DNA of 51,911 nucleotides from Rotaria socialis. Its lineage: Eukaryota. The notes under the pieces were generated by a model. It did no database searches, had not been told where the DNA came from, and was given only the letters and a program-made list of their open reading frames with translations. The stretch lies in assembly GCA_905331295.1 (NCBI GenBank), contig CAJNYD010000546.1:62001-113911 (forward strand), written 5' to 3'. Both the position numbers and the translations under genes were made by a program. Below are positions 1-14,154 of the stretch, piece after piece. Numbering within the stretch: position 1 is the stretch's first letter; every line of letters begins with the position of its first letter.

Positions 1-608
1 GATTAAGTGATAGTACAGTCGAAATCTTATTCAAATAATTTAACCTTGATATACAGCTAACTGATGATGGAATTGACTTCATCGTTCAAGATTTCATAAA
101 AAATCCAGGACGTGCAAAATCACGAAATGTAAAATTATTTTTTGAATCTGATCAATTGGAACAGAAAAATGATGAGTTTTGAAAAGCTTTTTGAAATATT
201 ACTCTTTATCTGGCATCGCAGCGGCTCTCTCAAAAAATATAGGAATTCCTATATAGGATAGGTCTAAAATATATAGGATCGCCCTCAACTATATAGGAAA
301 AATATAGGATGACAAATTGATTCCAGAAAAAGATTTAGACACCGAAAAATCACTGTAACAGCATTGAAGATGATAATGTGTTGTTTTTGCACGTATATCT
401 AATCAACTAAATAAAAATATTATTGAGTTTTGAAAAGTAATGGAGCAGCAAGGTTTTCTTAAAACTTAAAAGAACTAATTTATGTTCGATTTATTTTCAC
501 TATTGGACATGCATGCACTTTAGGGTGTGGGCGAGTTTCTGAACAAAATACTCACACCCAAACCCACACCTTTTTGGTATTCAGTCTTTTAGAATTTCAT
601 AGTAAGCT

Positions 609-750
609 ACATCAAATTTCATCGAAAAATAAGCATCCGTTCAGGAGTTATAACGTTGTGCATTTTTTTCAAATACTGCCAAGATTTTAGCAAAATTTCA
701 AACCGTTATAACTCCTGAATGGATGCTTATTTTTCGATGAAATTTGATGT
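609..750. repeat. 47-bp inverted repeat (arms 609-655 and 704-750), probable foldback/MITE fragment abutting an assembly gap
   Basis: acatcaaatttcatcgaaaaataagcatccgttcaggagttataacg recurs as its reverse complement with one mismatch; the right arm runs into the N gap. Confidence 0.8.
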
Positions 751-850
751 NNNNNNNNNNNNNNNNNNNNNNNNNNNNNNNNNNNNNNNNNNNNNNNNNN
801 NNNNNNNNNNNNNNNNNNNNNNNNNNNNNNNNNNNNNNNNNNNNNNNNNN
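751..850. other. Assembly gap (100 N)
   Basis: Run of N. Confidence 1.
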
Positions 851-1127
851 AAACGGACTCGTTTACGGTCTGTTTATCGATGGTAAACGATGTCAAAACG
901 GTGTATTTACGGCAGTAAATAGACCGTATTTGCCCGTAATACCTGGCGCAGTAATACGGCACCGTAAACGGCACTGAATTTTCATGGTTTACAGCTGTTT
1001 GTGCTCCGTACTCTCATGATCATACGGTCCGTATTACTGCGCCAGATATTACGGCAAACTTTCGCCCGTAAAATAGTCGTAAAGTAACCGTCAACGGCCG
1101 TATACGGACCGTACTGTTCGACCTGGG
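851..1127. mobile_element. Non-autonomous palindromic repeat (MITE-like) fragment
   Basis: GC-richer island full of tacgg/ccgta motifs; internal inverted repeat ccgtaatacctggcgcagtaatacgg (~934-959) vs ccgtattactgcgccagatattacgg (~1029-1054); ends abruptly at ...ttcgacctggg. The left end is lost in the gap. Confidence 0.55.
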
Positions 1128-2437
1128 TCACTAAATTACACCAAATTTCAATAAGCTATAGTTATTTTCTTTTCTAAATTTAAGTGAAATTGTTGATCAA
1201 ATTTACCGTGTTTTGGTTTTAACTGAGCAGTTCAATTTTTCTTTTAAGTAGACTTTTTAAACTAAAATTGCACATGATACACACGTTCATATTCTCTCCA
1301 CATATGGATAGAAAAGATTTAAACATGGAATCGCAATTGATTCATTTAAAACGACCATAGTTTTCGTTTGTTTTTGGTTAGCGAGGAAAGATTTGAAAGA
1401 GAAAGTCTCCCAAAACTAGAGAGAAACAGTTTTGCATTATATTTTTTTCAGAAAAAGATATATTATTAGCTAGAATTTGTAAGGGTTTCTTATTCAATTA
1501 AGAAAATATTTTTTTGCTGTTTTCTTGTAAATAAATATGTGGAAAAAAAGATTAACGAGAAAAAAATTGTTTTTCTAGTCTTAACTTTTTACATTCATAG
1601 CTTCTAATTTCAAAGTTAATGCTCTTGGAAAAATTATTTCATGGTTTTCCTATCACTCATCATCGCTATCGTCACAATTGTTTTGAATGTATATATTGAT
1701 ATGGCGAGCTTTTGCTCTTCCTGGATGCATGAAAAAGTTTTGAACAATATCATCTAAATAAAATAGATCAATATAAAAAATAGTTCGGACTTAAAGAGAA
1801 AATAAATTGATATGAAAGAGAAAATAAATTAATATAAAAGACAAAGTAGTTTGAATCTAAAGACAAAATGGATCAATATAAAAGAGAAAATAAATTGGTA
1901 TAAAGGAGAAACTAGATGATTGCCTTTAGTAGACTTTATTCAGTCTACAAAGTCGCGAAGAAAATTCGCAGGGAGAAAGCTATATAAATGTAGCGAGAGA
2001 ATGTAGTTTATCTCGATCAAATAAATCTGTCTAATCTAATAGAATAAAATCTCAATAAATAAAATATAATCTTAGCAGTTCATAATAAATTTAGAAGATT
2101 GTTTTTGTATGGATTCTCAGTATTACAAATGATCTCCATTTGTTGATTGTAATGAGTTTCACAAGGGAATATTTATCAACGTGGGCAAAGTTTTACGGTA
2201 TCCGGAATTTTGTACCCTCAAATATTTAATCGACTGTTGAATTTTACAATGATTTGTTGATTTTTATTTTAGGTGGATAAATTTCGGCTTTAACAATTGG
2301 GTAGCTAAATTGAACCCGTGTGAATGCAAGCTTCCACTCACGCCATGAACAGTTCGTTGTGTAAGTGTTCATCAAAATTTGTTTTTGTTTTGCTAATAAC
2401 TGACGACCACTTTCATGGTCCTTACAGTACATGAGTT

Positions 2438-2474
<37 letters not shown>

Positions 2475-5400
2475 ATATAATAGAATAAGTTGACTAAAGT
2501 GAAATAAAGAGAAATGCAGGGCGAACATGTAGAAAGAACAAATCAAGATACCGTTGTGATATAAAGAGGAGAGGAGTTAACAATGTTTAAGGGCTAATCA
2601 GTCACTTTTAGAACTTTTCGGGGAACTCGTATAAAGTGACGACTTTTCTTCCGGCTCATAGTTGAGAGTAGAATCGTACGAGGGAATATTTGCACACCAG
2701 GAAATACATTTCTCGAGAAGTGATGTGTATTCAACATAACTCTGCACAAACATCTAGTGTTCATCAAAATTTTTGTTCTCAATTATATGCCAATTTTTCT
2801 TTTAGGGAGACATTTTGTTTTGCTTTTTTTTATTAAAAAAAAAAAGTTGAAAAACTTGAATTGGCTTTCTTTTTCTACAAATGGCATGGCACTATCATTT
2901 AAACGACAATTTAAAACACAGAAAATAGTTTATCTTGTAAAATAAAAGATTCTTCCTCTAACGTCAGTTTACCTGAATTCGTTCCTTCACCACAAACATA
3001 ACCATCGTTACGTCATAGATGTTGACGGAAACTATTGATATACGACCAAAGATTCTGCACGAGCTAGAACCCTGATTTACATATGTACAGTCTACTGTTT
3101 TTTTTTATTGAAGAGTAACCGATAATGCTTTAGAACTTACTTTGGCTGATAGTACTGTTTATTTAACAAGCAAACAATGTGAAATTAGAATTTCCGTTCG
3201 TGCTTTTTCAAGATATGATTATATTTAGCATGCTTGCCCAAATGTTCTCTTCCCGAATATAGAATCTTGCTATAATAATATCGCATGAAGACTATTTTAT
3301 AATATTTATTATTCAATAATTTGAATTTGAACGACGTGAAACCCACTATATAAAACAATTTTATTTTTTATTACGAAGTATGAATTATAGTGAAGTTGGA
3401 AGTACACAAAACACAACACAATTTCAAGTAGTCAAATGTGAAGTAAAGAAAAATAAAGAGAAAGTTGTTGTTTAACAATTTCAAAGCTTGAGGCAATCAT
3501 TTGTTTTTATTGCCTAAAAAGTTGTTTTAAACATTGAAACAAATGTAAACACGTGGTTTTATAAAGAATTTTAAGGAAAAATACTAATGAAGCTGTTCTA
3601 ATAATAGCATCATCTATTGTTACCTTAAATGAGATTACGACTATAATTGCAATAATTCGAAGAGGAAACTTGTGATCGATTGAATGATGAATTATCATCT
3701 CGGGTCATATTGAACATTGAACAGACGAAAATTCCTTCACAAGACAATTATATTGTTTACAATGAAGAATCAACAAACCTAGATTCGATAATTACTGATA
3801 TACTTAATGATTGTTTAACTGCCGAAACATTAGCAAAAAACAGTCAAACATCATTTACTCGAGCTGGATAAAACTACTTCGACACATTTCGTATTACCAA
3901 ATTTAAATAAACAATCGAATGTATTCAATGATTTCTACACTGATTTATGTAGTTTCGAACAACAATACTTCAAGAAATTATAATTTAGGAAAACATGAAC
4001 AATGGATTTTGAATACAAGTGCATCCTATTGTATTCATCCATTTCATATCCATTGATAATGTGACAATTAAAACATGTCACACGACATGCATGTTTTCCT
4101 AATTGATTTCAACTGACTTTACTTATGAAAAACATTATCTTTCATTTCATTACATCGATGAAGTAAAAATAATTTTGATTGCACCTCTCTCTCTCTCTCT
4201 CTTTCTCGCTCAAGATAATTATTATTAATGTTGTAATTCTAGACTATATTTGCTAAGGTCTAAGACGATTTGCGATCAACATATGCTTTTGTCTCGTTAA
4301 GAAAAAGAACAATAGTAGGAACAATTAAAGCACTTATCATACTTAAAGGTTGATATGAAGCAATCAATGATTGGAGATCACTAGTCGAATAACATATGCA
4401 ATAAACTTTTCTATATAAAAAATTCATTTTTTTCACACATTCAGACGACTCATTCGCACTTTTCGTGTTCGTTAGACAATATTTCCTTTAGAAACGAACA
4501 AACATCTCGATTTCGATTTAATCACGATGATTTAGTAGCTAAATTTGAAGGAAAGACGTTTAGCCATTGTTTTGTTTTATTTTGTTTAGAAAAAATAAGA
4601 GAAAGAGAGAGTACATAATAAATACATTTGAATAAACTTTTCAATTGATTGATTGTTCTTCATAAATGTCATTTCAATCAAATTATCGCACACGTTTCTC
4701 TTGAGGTGACATAAGATTTTCTCAAGGAAATGAACAATAGACGTATCATCTTATTCCCATTATATGGCAGAAAAATCAAGAGGCATGTCTCGTGCCTCAA
4801 GTTGTGTATGACATAATAGAAAAGCAACTTCTATATAAGAAATATCTTCATCTGTAAGCGATGATCATTTGAACGTGTATGCATGCACTTAGTCAACCAA
4901 ATATTTATTCAGTTAATCGTATGCATAATCTTTTGATGTTGCATTGTTTTTTATTCTTACTTATTCTATTGGTGAACAATAACAAATCGAGCCAATAAAA
5001 AAAGAACGATACACAAGCATCTGTTAACTATTCGAAATAAAATAAAACTTCAAATGAGAAAAGCTACTCTTTATGCTTGTCAATCAGCCGGAGATATCTA
5101 GATTATTTATAGCAGGAGGAAAAAAAAAGAAATAAAATTAATCAAATCAGCTATGAACCGTTGACAAACTAACACATGTTTATTTTTCGCTTTGGTCAAC
5201 TCTCATTATCATAATGATCAAAGTAAATAACGATAAGAGAGAAAATATACAATTTTACAGATGAGAGTACACAAATAGAGAGAGAGAGAGAGAGAAAAAA
5301 ATTTGATCGAAATCAACGGGAGCTCTATTTGAAACGCACACAGGGATACAACGATGAATCTCACTAATCCATTGCCATTGTTCTCGATCTAGACAAACAT

Positions 5401-6718
5401 TCAATTTCACAAAAAAGGGAAATTTTCCGACAAGAAAAGAAAACATGTCTGCCTGATAGTCGTTGAGAGATTTCGATACAGTCTCCTTGGATGTTTTCAA
5501 GAGTCTTATCATTTGATTCATCCATCTAAACGTAACGTATTTATTCTCTCTTCCATGTTAAAATATCTGGAGATCAATTCAACATCTGTGCTACAAAAAA
5601 AAAGAAGAAGGAAACAGTCGAAACGATTGAAAAAAAAACTATAACTATTATATTTCAAATATAAAAAAAGTCAAATGGCATTAAGGAAATCTATTAATAT
5701 TCTTCATCCGTTAGGTTAGTACTTCCGCCGTTTGATGCCATATATTGCATCTGATGCAATCGATACATAGATCAATATCTTCTCACATCATGAACGCATG
5801 TGCGAGTAGTACTTAAAAGTGATCAGTTAAAACATGAAGATGATGATGATGATGTACAGGCACGAGCAACAGTTGTCGTTTGACACATTATATCGGTTGA
5901 ATGCATCGTTGAGCAAGATTGGAAAGTAGGTGCGAGAAATCTTTTCCGATCAATAGAAAAAAAGGAAGACAACAAGCTGTCGCTGTAACAAGTGCTCAGA
6001 TACTTGACCTAACGTTTTTTTCTTCTCCTCGTTTGTGATCTATTCCGAGATGTATCATCTCACATGTGACAGTCAATAAAAAAAAAAAGAAAGTATAACG
6101 AAGTAACAGCGGCAATCATCTATATATATAAAGACAAAATGATCTAGTCATTTGTCTTATTTAGTATACTCACGCAAACAACAGTAAGTGGTAACCGCAA
6201 TTGATTTTGCCTATGGGCTATCGAGCGGTGTTTATTTTCTTTTTTGTAAAAATTCAAGTGAATTAACGAACATTTTAACACTATTTTGATAACGACAAAA
6301 AAAGCAAAAAAGGCTGATGGGAGGTGTTCAAAAGTCTCAATTTCCTCTTCTTTTTTTTTGTACGCCTATACCTTTTCTCGAAAGGCGTGTCTTCTCATTT
6401 TCTTCTTCTTTTTTTTTTATTCTTATGCCAGTCAATACAATTAGTTTCGCACGTATACACCTTTCAATGATGAGATTCAGATTCGAATACAAATCAATCA
6501 TTCGCCATTCGAATGCTGTGTTAATGATACGTTGGACAGCAGCGAAAGAGAGAGAGAGAGAGAGAGGGGGAGAGAAAGAGAAACAGAAACAGCAGCATTG
6601 CTAATGAGAGAACGGAAAGAGAACGAGAAAAAAAACCTAACGTTCGATCGACGGAAACATGGGTCAGTCGTTAAATGTTCATTACTTGAAATGAATTAAT
6701 ATTCTCCTAATCTAGGAA

Positions 6719-7554
6719 ATGAAACTGCGTTCACATGAAATCCTCTCGTCAGGTAAAAAACCAATTCAATCATCGCATCCTTCTCGTTTTAAACAATTAT
6801 TTCAACGAAAAAATGTATTCAAAAAAAAATTTCAACAGCAATCACATCAACATCATGGCCTAGTGCATACTATTCCAGATTATGTACGAAAAAGTATTTT
6901 TCGTTTTTTACTTGAAGTTAAACATCCACATCCAACTCCTCCTTCGCCGCCACCTTCCCCACCCCCACGACCAATCCGACAACCACCATTGATGGGTATT
7001 CAAGCATTGAAAAATAAAAAACAACATTTACATAACCAACCAAAACGTTCATTACGAATAAAGTATTATAATAATAAAACAAACGTTCTATATCTATTGG
7101 CAATATTTTGTTTTTTAGACAACAACAAACTGTTACTGACAATGATAAATCTTTCGAAGATTATCAACAGCAAGAACAACAACAACAACAACAACAACAG
7201 AATAACTACGATATGACTATTTTACATATGCCAATGGATGACGATGATACAGATGATGACGAAGATGATTTCATATTTGCAACAAAAACAAGTACCAATC
7301 AAAAGAAACCAATCCCAGAATGGGCACGAAGTATGTTTAATTGAGTTTAATTCCTTATTGAGAAAAAAAAACAACTATCTTCTGTTTTCTCTATAGGAAA
7401 TGAATTGCAAATTGCTATATGTAATCAAATCTATTTTCATCGAAATCCAAGTGAAATATTTGGAAATTCAATGGATTGTTCACCAGCACATTTACGCACA
7501 ATATTGCATTCAATGTTACCTAATGTTGAATTATTGGATGATAATCTACATTAA
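6719..7554 (+). CDS. Short protein with a C-terminal INCENP IN-box (Aurora B-binding)-like motif; exons 6719-7062, 7119-7330, 7397-7554
   Basis: Phase-consistent GT-AG introns. The spliced C-terminus NYDM..DDDDTDDDEDD..KKPIPEWARRNELQIAICNQIYFHRNPSEIFG matches the IN-box pattern (DD.TDDE...KPIP.WAR...L..AI..Q....P...FG). Confidence 0.7.
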
Positions 7555-10500
7555 TCACCTCGCAATAGTAACAAATCTTTATTGACTTAAAACTCCTTTT
7601 TCAGTTTCTTTTGATTGTTATGTAAATATATATATTGGAGAAAAAAAGAAGAAATAGACTTTTTGATTTTATTCACACATTTATATTTACCGCATTGGCG
7701 GCATTAAGTGAATACGCCTTTTACACCATCATAGAGAGAGAAAAACAACAATACAAAAAGAAAAGAAAAGAAAAACGAAATTTTCCCAATATTCCATCAG
7801 ACAATAAGTTACAAATGAACTGTATAGGTATCCATTAGATGTGCAAACTTTAATCGTGTGAATAAATAGCAGACAAGAAAAGAACAAGAAAAACGATGAC
7901 TGATCGCCCCTCTGGCAGCCATGCCATGGATCATTGAAGTTCGATCACTTCATCATTGTTAAGCTTGATTGATCTATTGTTTCATATGAAATAAAGAAAG
8001 TGAAACCGTTTTTTAATTGAATTAGTTTTTTTCCCTTTGTTTTGTTCTCACGTGTGAGAAAAGAAACCTTACGTTTTAACAGTGTAACGCACGCGTACAT
8101 AAGTAGGGGACAAATGATCAATATTTACAAGAGACTTCAAGTATGCAAATACTCTCTTGACTGTGTATGATCATTGAATAAAAAAGGACAATATGTCTTG
8201 ATAGTGAAATAGACATGACGGTGAGACTTTAAAACATCGGTTATTGATTAAAAAGCAGAAGAAGGATCAAAGATAAAGTTTGATTAATGATTTTAAATTG
8301 TTTAAAATAGAGAACAGGATTAGGAAAGAATTAATATTAAAAAAAAACTGTTCGGAACTTGTCGCATTATATCTATTGATGTTTGATACTTTTTAATCGA
8401 AGTGTACTTAATCTATATTTGTTTTATCAGAAAAGAGACATTTTGATATAAACGATGTGTTTATTGACAATAGGAATGATTCAAAAAAAAGTTAAGTCTA
8501 CAACAGAAAACGGTCAGTTCTTTGTAGACGAATCTTATCGATAGTAAACGTGTAGATCTTGGCGGCTTCTTTTTTTTCTTGAAGGAATTACGTACATGTA
8601 CAACACGCATGGAGCAACATCGATGATACGATCGTGATATGTTACTTTGATTAAATTTAAGATAATATCTTTCTTTTATGGATAATTTCATTTCGCTTCA
8701 TTAATACGGTTTTATGAGTCGTACTGCCTGCCCTGTAGAAGTTGTACAATACTCGTGTTAACTAATCATTAACATCAATTTAGTTTGTGATAAAACTCAT
8801 GTACACGTTAGGTATAAAACGAAAGTTTTCTAAGCTCTAATACACGACTTCAAAAGAATGTTGCACAATCATAGCTGGAGATGAACTTATTTTTTGTTAT
8901 TACTTCGATCAGATACTTTATCGATTTGCTACTGGGCTATTCGATAAATATCTCGAATAAAGTTTATATGTCTAATGTTGTGATGGGCTTAATTTGCTTC
9001 GTGTATTTCGTTTCGCAAATATTAGTGACTTGAGCTTGTCAGTTAGTTCGACTAGAAGAAAAACATTCGAATATCATACACATTAGAAACGCTAATGTAC
9101 GGAGACTTTTTTTATTACTGCAGACAGCTTGTTTTTATGAGAATGAATGAAGCATTTATAGTCTATTTTGTATAATCTACATTGGCAATAATATATAAAG
9201 ATTTAAATAATTACAAATAAAATTCATAATTTGATCCATAATCACGTGAGCCAATCTATGAAACAAGCCTGTTGCCTTAGTGCTGCCTATTCGTAAAATT
9301 TTTGTATCAAATCTTGGAGACTCTACTGATAGAGATATTTCAATGGTTGTTTTTAATGTTCATTAGAGCGAGTGCACTGATTCAAGCCGAAATTTCAGCC
9401 TATGAGTATATTAGAACAATGATGAAAACTAATTAAATAAAGAACTTTTGTTCATGCACGATATCTTTCACTTTGAACACTTCAATTATATGATCAAAAA
9501 TAGTTTCTTTCTCATGATGAAAAAAAAGAGTATCGTGTCTATAAGTACTTAAATAAATAGACATTCAGTTCATTGACTGTTGTCACCGACATTATATGTA
9601 GACATGAAAAGGAAACATTTTCTTTGCGAATTTGAACTGTTGATAATATTACATAGACTCATAGAGTTCGTTTTACACGTCAAAATAAATAGATTTCATA
9701 CGTTAAAGTCTAGCATTGCTCGTCTGTATTTCAATTTTGTTACATCGATCGTTGATATCAATCGAAATCGTTTCGTTTTTATTACACAAATACGAAAGAA
9801 AATGTTATCCGATAAAATTTTTGTGTAATGATTGGTGATGATATTTTATTGCATCTGATCTTATGTCTTGACGTGACCAACACATGCAGCTAATGTCTCA
9901 CTCAATAAAAAAAAAGTATATTACTCGACATATTGTTGGCTATATACCATCTGATAAAATTGATCAATTTGGTTTGTATGCAACGGATCCAAATCGAATT
10001 CATATTCTTTTTCTTTCCCCCCTGTTTATGTGAGTTAGTGTTATTTTTCTACTCTAATATTCTCTCGAGAGAATAAATACATGTATATTATTTATCAATT
10101 ATATTCTTGGCAGGAAAAGACTTTGACAATAAGAAATTTGAACTATTAATTTTTATTTAAAAAGAAATCAAATCCTTATCAGCAGACCATTTATCAATCA
10201 AGCTTATCAATTAGTTATCAAAGATAAATTGAATAGCTTAACACATCGCTTGATGGAAAGAGAAAGCGTACACAGTAATTTTACATCAATTTCACATACT
10301 GATAAAACACTGAATTAGTATAAAAAATATCGAGAAAAGGGTATTATCATGCCTTTTTTTTATAAATATCATAAAATCTAAGCTAACTGTAGGTACCTGA
10401 ATTATGTGTAGGGTATCATCAACTGAAAAAAATAAGACAAAATTTCTCGTATCTTCAAAATTAACCAATAATTTCCTGTCCAGTCCATAGCGATTTGATG

Positions 10501-10617
10501 AAATAAAACAAATTCATTTGATTATCAATATTGAAATTCAACATCATACAAGAGAAAAACAGAACATTGCGACAGGCGTATGTTACAGCCGTTTTGTGCA
10601 ATAACAGAAAAAAAATC

Positions 10618-10691
10618 TGGTCCCTATGAGGATCGAACTCATGACCTCCGCGTTATTAGCACGGCGCTCTAACCAGCTGAGCTAAGGGACC
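10618..10691 (-). tRNA. tRNA-Ile (anticodon AAT)
   Basis: Reverse complement GGTCCCTTAGCTCAGCTGGTTAGAGCGCCGTGCT-AAT-AACGCGGAGGTCATGAGTTCGATCCTCATAGGGACCA has an acceptor stem, A and B boxes and a downstream oligo-T terminator. Confidence 0.97.
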
Positions 10692-11238
10692 GTGTCAATG
10701 CCATGCGGAAAATCTACGATGATTTTTGTCATATAGTACGTAGCTATCAGGAATGCTATTGGACAATCGATTGTCAAATTCTTTCAATCTACTCTTTTCA
10801 AATGCTTGAATTCATTTTCTGTCATGTAACTAACGATAGTTTTTTCGTTGGAGAGTTCTGCTAAACAATTGTATCTTATGCTAACTTTTTTTTACAGTGG
10901 TTACAAGAATTTAGCATAGATGGATTCATTTAAATGCTCTATCTTTTGACTCAATCTCAATTGAATGAAAAATATAATTCTATACCTTTTCGACCGTTTT
11001 AAAGCTCTTAATCTACAACAACAACTGTTCTGAGCTGAATACAGTCACACACAATTCATAAAATGCTGTAATTCAGTATTCTTAATAAGCAACAAAACTA
11101 CATAGAACCACCTTACACAAAGATGGAAACAGCATTTAGATTTCAATCATTTATAAAGAAAAAAGAAAAAATTCAAATCTAAATATTTTTATTTATTTCA
11201 ATTTAATTGAAAAGAATTATAATAAATAAATCATGATA

Positions 11239-11901
11239 CTAGAGAAGTTTAGACCAATGGATCGCATGAATTTTGGCAGCTTCCTCTTCAAGAATAGGAC
11301 CGGTAACAATAAATTGAGGCGATGGTAAAAGTGGTCGACTAGACATGAGTCCATCAAAACCTGCATATTTCTAAAAACGAAGAAATATTTTACAATTTAT
11401 ACGGTATTTAGTCTTTATAAGGGAATATGATGTTTTTCATTTTAAGATTTTGTTGTTAATATTTTCTAATAGGACATAATTTAATATCATTCTCTAGTTC
11501 TGTTATGTACAATAGATCCAGCGGTGATCCAATTTTTATTTCTATATACTCACTCCCAATGTTTCATTTGAAAGAGCATAAACCATATTTCGAACACCAC
11601 TCCAACGTAAAGCACCTATACACATTATACACGGTTCACAACTAGTATAAAGTGTACATTGCTCAAGAATATCTCGAGTAAATTTTTGTGTAGCTTTACT
11701 AATTAAATTCAATTCGGCATGACGAGTTGTATCGTACACAGGATTACGACATGTGTTTTCGGCAGTCAATAATACTTCTCCATCCTTTGATACCAGACAA
11801 GCACCAAACGGATCATTTCCATGTTCGACAGCAGATAGAGAAAGTTCAATCGCCTGACGGATGAATGGTTCATGAATACTATCACTAACAGATGATGACA
11901 T
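11239..11901 (-). CDS. Zinc-dependent nucleoside/guanine deaminase (dCMP_cyt_deam family), 159 aa; exons 11901-11554, 11370-11239
   Basis: PFGA, RHAE and CEPCIMC motifs; a phase-0 intron joins TLG|KYAGF..GPILEEEAAKIHAIHWSKLL*. Confidence 0.9.
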
Positions 11902-13154
11902 TGTTTTTTTCTTATACAAAAGAAAAATCAGTTACGTGAGAGGTATGTGATGTAAACACTATTATTGTATTGAATTCTTATCTTTACCAAACACTCATAC
12001 ACACCCCAAGTTGGCCATTTTTAGATAAATTAACAGATGGCGCTCTCTAACAAACTATTTCGGCAGAGAATTTCATATTATGTATCATAAAAAGAAGAAC
12101 ACAAGTATATGGTACCGCATATATCTGGTTGAGTTAGTAGATGAGAAGAAGCCCTCATCTTTAATATTCTTTGTGAACTAATTGTTAAGGATTTAATTGA
12201 TCTGAAAAGCGATAATAATATACGACAAAATAATTAAGGAGAACTTCGTGCTGAAACGCTTGTTGCTCAAAGAGTTATACAAAGTTTTGAGCACTAAGAT
12301 GATAGATTCTCTCTAATTCTAACCGGAGTGTTATTCCATGATAATTCTCAACGTAATACTTTTATATTCAACATGGTAATGATTCAAGAGATTTGCGATT
12401 AATATAAGATTTCAGTTAGTTATCAATGCAAAATTAACTATTTGGCTTAATATTCATTAGAACTGAAGATCTAACAGATTGGTCCGCGACTACGATTATT
12501 AATTCTTCTGAAAATTTTTGTAAGTACCATATTCGAAATTGATTGATGGGAGTATGCTAGTTGGTTAGATTGCAAACCATCAAATGAAGAATTCATTGAG
12601 ACAAATTTATCCGTCAGATTGAAATGTTCGTAATGAATCATCTATTATTTTAAAGTATTACCGGTGTTTTTTTATAAAATGTATAACAAGCTATGATTTC
12701 AGAGTAACAGATGGTTAACATTTTTCTGCCTTTTGAATAATGCACCAATTAACATTAGAAATTATTTTTCAGTCATCATCATGAAACAAAAAAGATGAAC
12801 CTACAAATTCTTCTATACGATTCTCGACTACAACTGTATCTTATGACATAATGGATAGATGACATATTTGTTTCGTCGTTCTTAATCCATTTATCTGATG
12901 GTATTTAGTAGACACAGAGAAAGAAATTCCGACGTCCAAAATGAGAAAGATAAAATAAAATAAAACTGATATATAAAATGAAGTGAAAAGGAAAAGACAA
13001 TAAATAAACACGCACACGTATATAGACGACACGGTTGTTCTGCTCTTTATAATCTAGTTCACCAGACAACAACAACAACAACAAAATTAACAAGTAAAAT
13101 TTTTATCTCTGAGAAGGAAATGAAACTTTTTACGCTGAAATTTTTCTTTTAAGA

Positions 13155-14154
13155 ATGATGTCAACAGAATCTCCAACACAAAATCAGCAAACAGCAGCAT
13201 ACGACGAGCGTGTTTTTAACGAACGTATTCGTCAATTATTTAATTCGATCGATTCATCTTCCATATCTCATAATCCAATATCAACACATGGTGATATTGG
13301 TCAAATGACATCTATTGTTGATGCACTTTTTCCTGAGCAAGCTTCAATAAATCAACAACGGCATGCATCAACAAACGATCTTACAACCGCTTTCGATCGA
13401 TTACCATTATGGAGTACTAATACCAATAATAAACCGAATAGTTCAGCATCAGCTTTTTGTGGTGGTTCAACAAATGGTTCATCAGCATTTGCTTACCGAC
13501 GACAAGCAAAATTACATAGTTCATCACGTTCATTACGCAATGCTAATTACCATTGTCAACAACAGCCACAGCAGCAGCAGCAACAACAACATCACTATCG
13601 ACCACCACCACTTACTCGCCCTCGTTTTACTTCATCGACAATACGTTTGCCATCAGCAGCAGCAACAACAACAACAACAACAACAACGTAACGTTTGAAA
13701 TCGAATTCAAGTCGATTATTGAATTTAAATTTTTTTCTATTTCAGAGCTTTACCTAATCCTAGTACCAATGGTCTTCAACGATCTTCATCATCATTGTCG
13801 ACTAACAATGGTACAACTGATTATCAACCTCGTTTTGCTAGTCGCCTTTCAAGTACTCGATTACCTACGTTGGCAACACCCGTAGGATCTCATGATCAAA
13901 TAGCAGGCAATAGTATTACAATAGATCCAATAGCTCCACCATCGGCAGCGTCTACTGTTGGTGTCATGAGTCAACCATCATCGGCTTCTGCTGTACTTGC
14001 TCGCAGTACTTCATCGGCAAATGGTCAAGCTCAACAATTCGTTACTATGACACAAACAACGACAACAACATTTTGCTATGTACCTGCTTCTGGTTCGCTT
14101 GCTTATAACAATATATCAGGTGCAAATCGCAATGCAACTGTTTCGCACCATTAA
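13155..14154 (+). CDS. Uncharacterised low-complexity S/T/Q-rich protein; exons 13155-13687, 13746-14154
   Basis: Two ORFs joined in frame by a 58-nt GT-AG intron; no recognisable domain. Confidence 0.7.

Noticed and set aside
687..977. Two ORFs spanning the N run
   Set aside because: Artefacts of the gap plus repeat sequence.
1780..1915. Degenerate aaagagaaaataaattgatat repeats (and atatagga repeats at ~237-310)
   Set aside because: Low-complexity minisatellites, not a CRISPR-like repeat-spacer array.
3507..4050. Coding-like fragment including the 63-aa ORF at 3680
   Set aside because: Possibly a decayed gene, but no recognisable motif or coherent exon structure.
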